Source: Phoronis australis | Taxonomy: Eukaryota > Animalia > Phoronida | Length of the DNA stretch: 64,000 nt | Direction: 5' to 3' | Assembly (NCBI GenBank): GCA_002633005.1 | Contig: NMRA01000148.1 | Coordinates: forward strand, 620,001 to 684,000 | Part shown: one piece after another, positions 26,901 through 39,000 of the stretch | Numbering within the stretch: position 1 is the first letter of the stretch | How the letters are laid out: each line of letters begins with the position of its first letter | Program-made: the position numbers and the translations under genes | The notes under the pieces: generated by a model | Database searches by the model: none | Told to the model about the DNA's origin: nothing | What the model saw: only the letters and a program-made list of their open reading frames with translations

Positions 26901-29900
26901 CTGTCACAGATAATAGATAATGGCCAGGAGAACAGTAATTAATGCTTCTATCACGGTGATTTGTATCTTAATTACAAGAAATACAAAATGTTAACAAAGG
27001 ATTCATGTGTTTGGAAGTGCTGATATTTTATTAAATTTTGTGCCAGAAGCAGTTGAGTTAATTACCTTGACGATTTCAGCTTATCGTCTAGGGATCGTGA
27101 ACTTGTGAAGACTACTGCTGTGTGGAGCTGAACGTGGCAAAGTTACCAACTTCACAGGATTTGTTGTAAAGAATTTCATTCAGTACGACTGAAAATCGTT
27201 GGATTCACTCTTTGTATTATTTCGTGTTGATGTTGGAATTCTTTTTTTCTGATGCAGATTCTCAATGTCTTATTTTTCTGTTATTTTGCAGAATAATTTA
27301 GATCCCAACATCAGTGAAGAGGACAACTCAAGAAACGTAAACATCGCTAAACAGACTATCAAGCAGGCCACGCCGGAGAAACAAATGCCAATGCCTAAGG
27401 TACACGACAGTGTCCCTAAATTGTCTGTTAGAACGTTAAAGGTCCATATGCCGAGTGTCAAGACAGCTCACACAGGTTTTCTCTCCAACACCTTTGGAGT
27501 TTGTATTCAAGTTAAACTGCTTGTTCGTGCTGAGCTGACTTTGGACTTCCATGGTGTTGTTGGAAAGATACGATTTAATCATATTTTAAGAGTGCACTTT
27601 TTGCTCGCACAAACAATATACTTTGAATAGAAGACTTATGCACCATTTGTTCTCTCTAGTTCCTACAACACAACTGGGAAGAAACTGTTGGTGTGGATTA
27701 TTTTAGAACTCTGTGCATGGGCCTTTAATTTATTAATCGCCCAATGACACCGCTGTTTTTGTATTCAATCTAAGAATCAGTTACAGGAAACTGCAACCAC
27801 ATTTTCCTACGATTATTGTGATTTGTTTTTTGTGTTTTGCTCTTAAAATTCTTTTGTAGGCTGAGGAACTCTATCCATAGGTGCAAAATATAAGCAGTTA
27901 TGATAGCATCGTATCTCTGTAGGTTGTTACGGCATATTTCACTTGACAAGAATCAGCACCATTTGCTCAAAATTATTTTTACCATCTGAAGTGTTCTGAT
28001 GGAGCAATAGGAAACTTGTGTGTACACCTTGTTTGCAGTCTGTGCTTGTGTGGTTTTGGAATAACTGTTTTCTTCATCGCTTTTTGGGCTATATTTCAGG
28101 CCAGTAACGTTGAGACTGAGCTTAAGAAGGTTTTGGAAGAGAACAAACGGCTTCAGAATGAAGTGACTGAATTACGGAAAGAAAATTCAAAACTAAAGGT
28201 CGGTCGAGTTCTCTGGGGCACTGCATGTTTTGAAGCCGCCTCGTGTTGCCTCATTCTTGGCATATGTTTGAGTGCACGCTATCCATCTATCCTTTTCAAA
28301 TCCTCTCTCAAGTCGACCCTTCTCATAACATCTGTCTGCATGCACGGTGTTGGGTCACCTCTCTTGCACATGTCAATACTGTTTACTTCCCCCTTTGAAG
28401 AGTGCTGGCTGAAAGTGTAAATCCCAACCTCTCTAGAACAGTGTCTACGACTCCCTTACTTGCCTTCATGTACATGTAGCTAGCCATAGAGAGATCGACT
28501 GTCTTGTGTATAGCTTTTCTCTCTCTTGTTCTATTTCTCTTGTTAGAGCATGCACTGCTGTCTTGGATTGCCGACATAATGCGTCAACACTTGGCCCACA
28601 ATGAACTGCTTCTTTATATTTGTTAGTCTGTCTGTGTGTTCGTTGAGTTGGTTTACAATAATTGTATTGTTGATGCAAATGTGCGTTCGCTTGAAATTGC
28701 CCTTCTGTATCCCGTTTTTATGCACCCACGTATTTATATGTGGTCGCATATTGCGTCATCTTTGTGTGGGCATCCGGCATCCGCGACTGTATTTCCTAAA
28801 CCCCTTGTAGGACCTTATTGAAATTTGGCAAGTGTATTCCTATGGGGTTGACGACAGAGGACGTAGAGTTTCGGATCGACCTGAATACCCCTGTGCCCCC
28901 TAGTGGCAATTTTTGTTTTTTACGTTTGCCTCTGTATCTTCAAAGGTCCTCTACCGATTTTCATAAATTTTGACACATAGGCATCTATTAATAACATGAC
29001 GCTAATCTCCTGTTTTCGGATGGATTAGAGGTATTTTGTGCCATCTAGTGGCCATTTTTACTATTTTCAAGCCCGTTTTTTGGCATCCACCCCTCTATAA
29101 ACCAAACCACTTTAAGGATGATTGTGAAAATTGTCATGTATGTTTTCACTATGAAGAGGGCGATTGACAATGATTTTCTGATGCTTTTGACTACTATGGC
29201 GCCTCCTAGTGGCATTTTTTGTGCCCATACCTATATCTCGTAAGCCCTCTGCATGATCTTTACTAAAGTTGGCACGCGTATTTATATGAAGTTAATAACG
29301 GAAGACAACGACTTTCAGACAGATTCGACGAACACTGGGCTCCCTAGTGGCAATTTTAGTTTTTTACGTTTACTTCTGTATCTTAAAAGGTCGTTAATGG
29401 ATTTTTATGCGCCCACATATTTATATGTGGACGCATTATTATAAAATTTGGCAGATAGTTGTCTATTAGTGAGGTGATGCTATCATCCGGTGGAAATTGG
29501 CATGTCTTTTTCTAATGTAAAGAGGAACTGTGACGATGATTTTCCGATGACTTTATCTACTGTGGCGCCTCTTAGTGGCAATTTAATTTTTTCATTTTCC
29601 TCTGTTTCACAGAAGTTCCTTGATGGATTCTTATGAAATTAGGTAAATAGCTTTGATGACACATACAAGTTTTCGGATGGATTCGATGTATTTTGCGCCA
29701 TTTAGTGGCCATTTATAGGTTCCAAATAAATACCTCTAGAAGCACACATTTAGCGGTATATTTGTGGGCGCATTTCAATGCTCTGCGTTGCTCTTGTTAT
29801 CTGATTCTGTGACCTTCTCATAGCTGAAATACAGCACTCGAAGTGTTGATTTCAGAGAGATCCAACTATTTTGTATCCTCCAACTATTTTGTACCGTCAT

Positions 29901-31679
29901 TTTAACTTGCCACCTATTATAATTGTAAAAGCAAAAAAATGTTAACTTTATAGGAAAGAACATTAGCCATTTGCCAAATTGCTGCAACTCCCTCTCTCAT
30001 AATCACAGATTGGAATTTTGCTCTTTCAAAAGGATTTCTTCTTTTTTGGTTTCGATTTCTTATTAGATTTCCATTTTCCTCATTTTCATCTCTTTTTATC
30101 ATTATTTTGACTTAATTCATGCAAAAACATTCCTTGCTGTTAAATTTTACAACACAAAAAGTATTTCTATCACGTAAGCCTATTTATTTGTAGAGCAATA
30201 TGTCACCTGGAAATTTTTCCCCTTTTTTGTCATATGTCATTCCAAGCCCTGCATAATGTGAGTGTGCGGTATTTACCCACAGTGCTGCACGTGAATACAG
30301 ATGTTTGGTGATACTTTGTCTGTTACTATCATGGCACCATTTATTCGTATCCGCAAATAGTAATGGAAATTCACACACATCACGTGTTCGAAAAATTTGC
30401 AGATGGTTGCACCCATTGTATGCTCTTGGTGAGTTGAGAAGGATTAAAATTGAATAGGTACATAATGCACTAAGAATTATCAGAGTAGTTAGTAATTTAT
30501 GCTTCATAAATCTGGACTACTTACTTTTTTGTTATTTAATTTGGCATATTAATTTCATTTCGCTGTTTCCAAAATGTGAAAATGACGTCATACTAAACAA
30601 TCGTGTAGGGTTCATGCCCACAAATTTTCCATCAAAGTAAGCGTGTAATTCATCATTCTGATACTGGTACTGTTTCACAGTTGCATAGTAAGTTGCAAAG
30701 CAGGCGTCAACAAATTAAAAGCTGAGTGAGGCGAGATAAGTTGCTCTTCATTTCCCAACTCTGCGCCAGAATGGCCATAGGTTTTAAAAACTAGGTCAAT
30801 CAATCAATACATTTTTCTACCTCCAGATTGGAGGAGAGTTGGATTGAAGATTTGTGGCTTGAGTACCATTCCTAGTGAGCTTTTTGTAGTTGAAATCACC
30901 AGAAAATTATCTAGTCTGTTGTGTAATGATCAAATTGTCCACGATCTCTGTTCGTGGTGTAATCATCATGGTCACTGTAAATTAGAAGAGTACGTAGGTA
31001 GACTTTTCTGTGCTACTCCTGGCTTATTTCATGTGCATTTATTTTTTCATCATTTGTATGTGTTTTACTGTTTGTTTTAAATTGTTATAGATTTGCCAGA
31101 TTAATTTATAAATCTCACTTTTACGTGCACACTCATTGCAGAACTTGCTCCAACCATCAAGGTGCATAGAAGCTGTGCATCTTTTATTTGGTTACGTTGA
31201 AGGACAAACTGACAATTTGGATGAAAATTTTGTTGTTTAGATGTCAACATGTTCCTTCAATGCATGGAGTTAAATCGAGGTTCTCTTTGTAAAATCGACC
31301 TCTTATGTTGGCAAGAAAATGTGTACTTTGGCTTCTGAGTGGAGTTATAACATGACATTGGGTTCCTGTTCATGTGCTGAACCAAGACTGAAATATTACA
31401 CATTGCGTTTTGTTGGTTGGTGCCCCAACACTGCAACTTTTTCAAATCCAGTTGTGATCTATGTTCCTTATTTACCTGTTGCTCTTGTAGGACGATGGAG
31501 TAAGGCTACGGAAACTGACGCTAGACGATACAGTTTCGTCGTCACAGCCACCGACACATTCCGTTGCCCAGGTAACGGTGGAAGAGCCGGGATTGAACCA
31601 AATGTTCCAGATGCCCCAAGTTATCTTCTTAGTTATTGCAATCATTCTTGGCCTAATCGTGGGAAAACTGATTTTGTAG
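14928..31679 (+). CDS. VAPB: Vesicle-associated membrane protein-associated protein (VAP-A/B/VAP33 orthologue): MSP domain, coiled coil, TM; 7 coding exons, 269 aa
   Basis: Exons: 14928-14985, 24492-24644, 25951-26057, 26395-26490, 27292-27399, 28100-28198, 31491-31679 (810 nt, GT-AG, phases consistent). Contains [12 protein letters not shown], the VAP signature [38 protein letters not shown], a coiled coil and a C-terminal TM with GLIVG (GxxxG). Invertebrate VAP is likely co-orthologous to VAPA and VAPB. Confidence 0.95.
18714..18781. other. Assembly gap (68 N)
   Basis: Run of N. Confidence 1.
20295..21388. mobile_element. Foldback/Mutator-like DNA transposon with long TIRs and ~40-bp subterminal repeats, spanning the gap
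   Basis: gggtgagaaacaacatgaccgccggtcctctaaa ... tttagaggaccggcggtcatgttgtttctcaccc; 9-bp direct repeat tgataaaca on both flanks (20286-20294, 21389-21397). Confidence 0.85.
20810..21243. other. Assembly gap (434 N)
   Basis: Run of N inside the foldback element. Confidence 1.
21964..23196 (+). mobile_element. Internally deleted piggyBac element
   Basis: TTAA at both ends, with TIRs ctctttcaac...gttgaaagag. An acidic [12 protein letters not shown] stretch and ORF 22486..22695 ([22 protein letters not shown]) resemble the N-terminus of piggyBac/PGBD transposases. Confidence 0.75.
22691..22893. repeat. 60-72-bp tandem repeat, about 3 copies, inside the piggyBac remnant
   Basis: aatagaagatgtgaaata...ggaaaatgtatcttaagaaatg.tac...gacaacactgtt repeated. 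Confidence 0.85.
24492..24644 (+). CDS. VAPB: VAP exon 2 (MSP domain core, [18 protein letters not shown])
   Basis: acag acceptor, G|gtaggt donor; VAP consensus motif. Confidence 0.96.
25585..25961 (+). repeat. ~41-bp minisatellite made of duplicated copies of the VAP exon-3 splice acceptor
   Basis: Consensus ctgtgtgttcctgCAGTCATG(c/t)tacaatgtcaagcctttca; the last unit is the real ttacag|TCATGCTAC junction. Confidence 0.85.
25951..26057 (+). CDS. VAPB: VAP exon 3 ([21 protein letters not shown]...)
   Basis: Polypyrimidine tract plus ttacag acceptor; gtgagt donor. Confidence 0.95.
26395..26490 (+). CDS. VAPB: VAP exon 4 ([21 protein letters not shown]...)
   Basis: ccgtag acceptor, gtaaat donor; end of the MSP domain. 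Confidence 0.93.
27292..27399 (+). CDS. VAPB: VAP exon 5 (linker)
   Basis: ttgcag acceptor, AAG|gtacac donor; phase 0-0 open frame, low-conservation linker. Confidence 0.75.
28100..28198 (+). CDS. VAPB: VAP exon 6 (coiled coil [29 protein letters not shown])
   Basis: tttcag acceptor, AAG|gtcggt donor. Confidence 0.92.
28713..29798 (+). mobile_element. Helentron-associated (HINE)/DINE-1-like element with internal tandem units
   Basis: 5' ttttatgcacccac with a hairpin, repeated cc.cctagtggc...aaatttggca units, and a 3' subTIR gtgggcgcat plus stem-loop caatgc..tgcgttg before a T-rich end. A second 5' end restarts at about 29401. Confidence 0.7.
31491..31679 (+). CDS. VAPB: VAP last exon (DDGVRLRK...TM...GLIVGKLIL*)
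   Basis: ttgtag acceptor; GxRxRK motif, tail anchor, TAG stop. Confidence 0.93.
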   Translation, partial: DDGVRLRKLTLDDTVSSSQPPTHSVAQVTVEEPGLNQMFQMPQVIFLVIAIILGLIVGKLIL

Positions 31680-34249
31680 TGGAGAGGCTGGATGTTTGAG
31701 ACGATGTCGTGCTTGGTGAATGTCGATGTCGTGTCGTGTTGAGTCAAGATGAAAGACAATTCATCCATTTCTTAAACAGTTGCGGTGTTCAAATGGCTTT
31801 CAAGGAGAAGTGAAAGACTACACATTTCTCCTTACCAGTGGCATCCCTTGTTACAATCTTAAAAGCACTTGGGTAATCTTGAAAAATCCAACTTTGGGCC
31901 AAGTACATGAAGACACATACAGTCAACAAATCTACATTTGACTTCTGGTGTTACGTGCGTGGAGCTCATGGAATGATCCTAGACCTAGTCTATGGCGTGA
32001 AATATATGTTCACTCTTGCTGAATTATTGTATTTACAATGGGAGTCACTGAAATGAATTCAACACTCATTACATCGTGACATATACCATATACCATATAT
32101 CGAAGCAAGCAATGAAATAGCTCGTGGTACTCAGGCACTTGTAACAAAGAGGCTGGGTTCATTTGTTTAAAATTCTCTTGATTTACTCTTTAGTTTGAAT
32201 ACACAGCTTGAGGTTATCTTAGTGTTACATACCTTTACTAATAATGGACCCTGCATTGTCTCTTTACTGTTTAGGAATAATGTTCTTAAGACCCTCTCAC
32301 ACCAAACTCATTCTCAGAACGTCTGAAGATGTTGAATGTTCTGATGTTAAAATATTGAAACCGGGTTGCAGTGGGCAACTTTGGCCAAACGCATGACTTG
32401 AATGCGGCACAGTTTACGTGGTTCGTTCTTAGATTTTACGTCAACACTTTGTTGGCTTTCCTCTCGGTTTCATTGTACTGAGAACTACCTTGGTGTGACT
32501 GGACCTTTAACTTGTTGGTACAAAATCAAAAAAATGGTTTATACAGACAGGCTGAGTTGCAGTTTATTCACTGTTATCTTTTTATGCTATGATACTCATG
32601 TATACAGGTATTCTACTAATATAGACACATGTTGCTTGGCAAACAGGTACAGTGCTGTTATGTGAAGATTGTTCTTCGAGGATAAAAAGGGAGCAAAAGT
32701 GTTTGATGTGCAATTAATGATGTTCATTAAATCTACTGTGTGAATTATTGTATAGGTGCACATCTCTATTTAAATGTAGATCCAAACGTCAAGCGGCATT
32801 GATAGTACTAAGTAGTCCTAGTGTGCAGGATCATCAGAGTTGTTCACAACTAGCTTTGTTTACCGAATGCAAACTGAAAATGTGTGAATGTTAAGATCAC
32901 CAGTATGTCTTGGGAGCCCTCTTCACACATTGCAGGTTCAGACGGCGGTTCAAGTCGATTTGGTAATCCACCGTACTCCACTTGCAAATGTGTTGATATA
33001 TGGGACTATCTGGCACACATAAGTCGTAAATCTGAAAGACCTTGGGAAATACCATCACAAGTTTGATTTGTTTAGTTTTTCGTGGGGTCTCAGCAGTTGG
33101 TAATTCGTGGTGGCAGCATTTTTTACTGTGGAAAAATGTCAGCCTGTGTGTTCCTACTAGATCTGTAAAATCACACAAGGTGTGTCATTTTGCTGGTATT
33201 CGGGGGTTCAGATATGAGGAGAGCACAGTGTCAACACGTTGCAAGTTCAACATTGCACTTGGCTGTGTAGTCTCACCTTACGGGTGACTTAGGTATCACA
33301 GATGCACCACAGAGTCAAAGTTTGACAGTGTCAGTGATGAATTCATGCACAAAGATTCACAGATACTAGTGGAAAAGTAAGTCAGGGAACCATTCATTCA
33401 ATTTTTACCCTTGCACAAATCTTTGATGTAATTAGTGAAAAATGCTCCTGTAACCAATCATTTTGAATTGTGTTTGCAGTGGGTGAAGTTGAGTTTATAC
33501 CGCAGCAGTCTCCTTGATAGGGTTATCAGGCCCTTTTCGGTGCTGGTCAACGTTGGGTATTCCAGTGTGGTGGAAGTGATGATTTAAGACGGTACATTTC
33601 AAACCGTGGTGACAGTCGCAAAAATTAAACATGTTCATTTTTTATACAGTTGCCTACTGTTCTCTCAATTGAATGGATTCATGCATGATGATTATGTATT
33701 GTGTAAGATGTGAACACATTCCTTGCCAGTGTATGGCACATTGTCACATTGCCGGGATCATCAGTATGCAGTAGTAATGTGTCAAAGGGCCTCAATGGTG
33801 GGTACACGGCAATGAGAATAAGACTCACTATAACTGATCACCACCAAACATGTTAATTCGGCTGAAGTCTTATTGACATCATGACTTCCACGATGGGATT
33901 GGCAACTTTGCATCGTCTCATGAGACTTTCATTGCTAAATACTGCGATGCCACTGCGTTTGCACACCTCGTTCTGTATCGTTTTGTCATCGGTTAGACAC
34001 GGTTCAGGGCGGATTACCGAACGGCGTGATGTGCCGTCTGAAGCGGATATGCTAACACGGTGTCTTGTTCAGGGAAAGAACATGTGAAGTCAGTTACAGA
34101 TTTATTTATTACAGTGTTGAATGTAGAAAGTGAACAACTGAAAATATGTATCATAAGTTGCATGACGTGTATTTTGTGAAAATTACAGGACAACTTATTT
34201 TCAAATCTTAGGGAAAGGGCCGAGTTTGTGTGCACAGAGCACTGCTTGG

Positions 34250-34715
34250 AGTTGTATGTATGAATGACAGGACATACTCTGGTATTGTACATAAAATTGA
34301 CTAGAGGTTTCCCGTGGTATGTACAAGTTGCACCACATGGCCTGGTGTTGTATGTACAAATTGCACCACGTGGCCTGGCGTTGTATGTACAAATCACAGG
34401 AGATGTTTGGGCGATGTCAATGTATGTACAATTCAGTTGTGCTGCCCAGTATTTTATGTACAGATCACAGGACATATCCTGGTGTTCTATGTACAAGTCG
34501 CACCACATGGCCAAGTGTTGTATGTAGAATTCACAGTTATGCTGCCTGGTATTTTGTGTACAAATCAATCACAGGACATAGTAGCTACAATTCACAGGGT
34601 ACGCCTGGTGTTGTATGTACAAATGACAGAACATAGGCTTTCTTTGTATGTACTGTAAATATCACTGGAACTGGCGTGGCATAGTATGTAGAACTCACAG
34701 GACATGTCTCACTCT
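34250..34715. repeat. Degenerate ~33-bp minisatellite (tgttgtatgtacaaat..cacca..tggcctgg)
   Basis: More than ten recognisable units centred on atgtac(a). Confidence 0.8.
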
Positions 34716-37399
34716 TCTACATACAAACTGCACTGACGGTGATGTACCTCTTAAAAATTCTAAACATGTTTTACCTTTGTTTTTCAAGTTGATTTATGGA
34801 GACCAAGTAACAGTGTATGAATACGGCTTTGTCAAGTTGCAGTGGACATTAGACTAGACGTTTGTAAATATTGGAGAGATTTGATTTTGCGAAATATAGT
34901 TGTCCCTCTAAAGAAAAGACTTGTGGTGTTTCTCGTTTGATTTCTTGGTGTTTTCATACTAAAATAATGCTGACCTCTCGCCTGGCCCTTGCAGTTTCCT
35001 TATAAAAGAGGTCGTCTCTCAACTAGATGAATTTTCATCATGCGAATCATTTGAAGGTTCGCGGAACACTATACATTGAAATATTGTATGAGTCACCTGG
35101 TACATACATTTGAATAACGGTTTTGTGTAACAAGGAAGGGAAACGTCTAATCAACTCCAGCAGGTGTCTGTGTTTGAAAAAACAAACGGAAATATGAGGA
35201 CGAGGTTTTTGCTTTGTTCAGTAATCATAGTTTTAAGATGGTTCTCATTACTGGATTTAAAAAGAACTTTTGATTTAGGCCACTTAATTTTAAAATTGGT
35301 TTCAGTGATTGTTCCTTAGTAAAATTGATGAAATTTGGGGTTGGAGCTTTTAACTCTGAGGTTGGTCCAGGGCCCTAGGTTTTTGGGGCGCGAAAGTCAT
35401 GTGCGGGCATCCGGGTTAGCGCGCAACGACCGGCAAAGGAACGGCTGGCATTTGAGATAATAAAGAAATGCTTAAACACAAAAAACCAACCAGTGCTCTA
35501 TTTACGTTTTGAAGGCCCCGATCACGGCATTTTTGTAGACTTGGGAGGGGGACAGTTTTGTGCTGTCTCAACCGGTGGCGAATAAAAATTGAGGACTGAA
35601 ATGTAAATGCAGATTTCCCTGAGCAAATTGATTAATAATTCTTATTCAAGAAAAAAGTTCTAGGGAATACAGAACTCTCCGGGTACACCTCTCTGGGTCG
35701 GTCCGTCTCCCTCTTTTACCGTGGTATTGAAATTGTATACATATATCACTTAATAGAAGTTGTTGGGTCCCAATGACACTTGCCTCAACTGCTGCTTACT
35801 TAAATTTCTGGGTTTTTTTTAATTACCTACCTTTCGTTAATTAGACCCCAGTCCCTGAAATTCCGACATAATTCTCCAGGCCTGATTTTTATTTACACCA
35901 TTTCCCTTTTTAGGGGACCATTCACGGACGGGGAGTACAAGCAATTACCTTTCTTATTCTGTATTTGGGAAATCGTACATTAGCGTTTATATGTTAAAGA
36001 GGGTCAACTCAGTATTGGAGGGTTCACAATGTCATGGTCTATATCGAAATTTGATTTTTTTTCAGAAAGTACGAGTTAAATACCATTTTATGATTTTATT
36101 TTCTTCGAACTCCGGAAGATCTCTACTAGCAATCAGTCAGGATTTGGCATCATAACATGAATAAATAAACATAAGCGTTTCATCATTTGCAATCAACCGA
36201 TGAGGAAGAACGGCAAAGATTTGTGTTTCTTTATTTGAAAGGGTACTGTACCCTGTTGCCATCGATACTTTCGTACAAAAGTGGACACATATGCTGCATC
36301 CTATTGTGTGACATTTGCCTACCTTGAGAGCTACAACTATTGTTCAGCTGCAACTTGCATCACAGAAAAGAATACTGTGGTTTGACGGCGAGCGATCTTC
36401 CCCTAACCGCCAAAGCTTATCCCAAGCGTCAGTATGCTGCTTTCGTTTAAAACAAAGATTCAAGTGGTAGAATGGTTGTTACGTATGCTAAAACAGTCTT
36501 TCCTACAATTCTTAAGACCCGCGCAGCAAAGCCGGCATCGCTTATTTCCAATTTAGTCTTCCGTCCCAATGAAACCACCAATGAACTATACATTTGGTCT
36601 GTATCATGTGGAACTAGGCTGATGTTGCCATCTAAATGAAGGAAATACAAAAATGTAGGCCTTACGTAGGTTGACTGACCCTTGAATTCAAAACTACAAA
36701 TGTTGATATGCTTTCATTTCAAAGTCATGTGCCTGTTGCTTAGTTTAAAGCAAACTCCACTTCACCGTATACTCCTAGGCGGCACGTGTACAACCGCTTT
36801 CGTTGATATCAATTATGAGGAAACAATGCTGCCGAATTACCGCAATGCTCTGAATTTAAGATTAACTTATCAGTAATTTCGAAGGCGGCTGCTGGCACTC
36901 ACCGACTTGGACATGTATACTGCAAGATTCCATGTTAATAAACCAATATTTTACGCCATACTGATTGCATGAGTGATTCTTGTGTGCATTGTGGGTACAC
37001 CCACAGCTACAGCGTCTGGTGTGGTAGACTGTGGCGGGAGTGGGCATTTAAGAAAAAAACATGAATACATGTGTACACGACGCACGACTGTATTATTTAA
37101 TATACTTAAAGAAACAATGATGAACACGCCGTGAATAATTCGATTACAAGAAAAATACGCATTTCTAAAAGATATGCGGGAATTTTCACCGCTGCTTCTT
37201 CAGCCTTGTTTGGAACGGCTTGAACCAGGATCAAAGCGAGCGCGGCGCCAAAGCCGGACGTACACTATTTTTATCTAAAACCGATACAAAATTTCTCCAT
37301 CGCCACAAACATTTCTCTAGTAACATATTTTGTAGTAGAACAGTTTTGTCCATTTTAATTTTAATCCCCTCAACACAGGAAGAGATCCTCTAATCGTTC

Positions 37400-38400
37400 A
37401 GAAAGAATATCCTAGTCGAGAATAAAGAGTCAGGTAATCCGAACAACGCTTCTTTAGTAGATAAAGTTACATTCATTAAAAACTTGATTTAGTCAACAGG
37501 ATAAGCTAATCCACAATTGCTTTACAGTCTTACAATCACACAAAGTATGCATGTCAGTCTCAGGGACATCTTAATCCGGAATACAATGATACAATACACC
37601 AAATACTTCATTAGAAGAGTCAAATAATCCGAACAACGCTTCTTTACTAGATATAATAACATTCATTAAAAACATAAATTAACCAACAGGATAAGCTCAT
37701 CCACAATGGTTTTCCAATCTTACAATCACAGAAAGTATGTATGTCAGTCTCAGGGACTTTGTTACAAAAAGTACAAAGATCATGATCAGCGACGCTCCGT
37801 TTTTCTAAACATTTGGTTGGGATAAGTGAAGCAATCTGAATTGAACCCATTTCATTTGAGTATCTGGATAATGTCTCATGCAATTATTATTTTTCCACTT
37901 CATATTCTCATCATTCATATTCGTAAACACAGATTCCACTTAATTTCTGAAGAGGGTCGAATGAATGCATTATTGACAAAAATCTTATAAAAATCAATAA
38001 GCTTTTTTGTGATTGCTTTGAGTAATGGCTTGATAAATACCACTGGTATTTCAAGTGCACTGTTATTAATCAAATCTGTCTTTTAATTTTATAATTCCTA
38101 CAGGAACCCCTAAATATATATTCTGCAAAGGGTGAAAGAAGTCCCCAACGAGTACAAAAATGATCCACGATAGCCATGAAGCCTTCCTGCAGGATGAATC
38201 ACATCTGTGAAGATATGGGAACCATTTTCATCAGAGACATGAGTACAAATAGAGTCATTAAACCATAGCAGTTGAAATTCTAAGTCCCTCGCACTATGAG
38301 CGTCTGATCATGAACAGACACTAACACGGCTAATTGTTTTTTTATTCGAGGAAAGCATCGTCTATCTAAAATAATAGACACCAAGTTTTAAAAAACATTA
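37400..38400 (-). mobile_element. Degenerate LINE 3' fragment (zf-RVT), with a local ~190-bp internal duplication
   Basis: ORF 37647..37883 contains CTFCNKVPETDIHTFCDC (CxxC...HxFxxC zf-RVT pattern); 37425-37570 is repeated at 37615-37760. Confidence 0.65.
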
Positions 38401-39000
38401 TGAGAGTACATAGTTTAAGATAAATGTATAAACGATACTGTATCGTTATGGGTTAAGATTTTCCTTATCCAACTACATTAAGGTTTATGAATCAACTTGG
38501 TATCGAGACGCGTGTCTCGAGACAATGGATAGAGGTAAAGGCAATATGCATTCATATCAGTTTTCATGGATGCGTCAAAAGCACTGAACAACTAGGCTAC
38601 ATCGCATAACATACAAATAGGTTTACAACATTAAGGTTTTTGTTCAATTTGTTCTCATTTGCTCTTTACTGATTGAATATGTCCGTGCTTTCTGTGCTCT
38701 TGTTAAATTAACGACATTCACACAAAAAACCTATCCTTTGCTTACAATGGCAACAACCACTGTTCAACAGATGTACTCCTTGCAATTTAACAGTCTCGCC
38801 GGTGTCATACAATGAGTTGAATGTACTTTTAAGTCACTAGTTCAAATATGATTATTGCTCGAATCTCAATTCAATCCTTCCCATGTGCACGCTCTGAGTA
38901 TGCCCCTCTCTTCGACTTTGTTTTATCGGTGTTATTACAAAAACTCCGGCAGCGTTCAGTGGAATTCACCTGCGAGATTGCGTTGCTTGCATTGGAGTCT

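Noticed and set aside
34014-34658. Overlapping 100-184-aa Cys/Tyr/Thr-rich ORFs
   Set aside because: They are by-products of a ~33-bp minisatellite that is open in several frames, with no protein-family motif.
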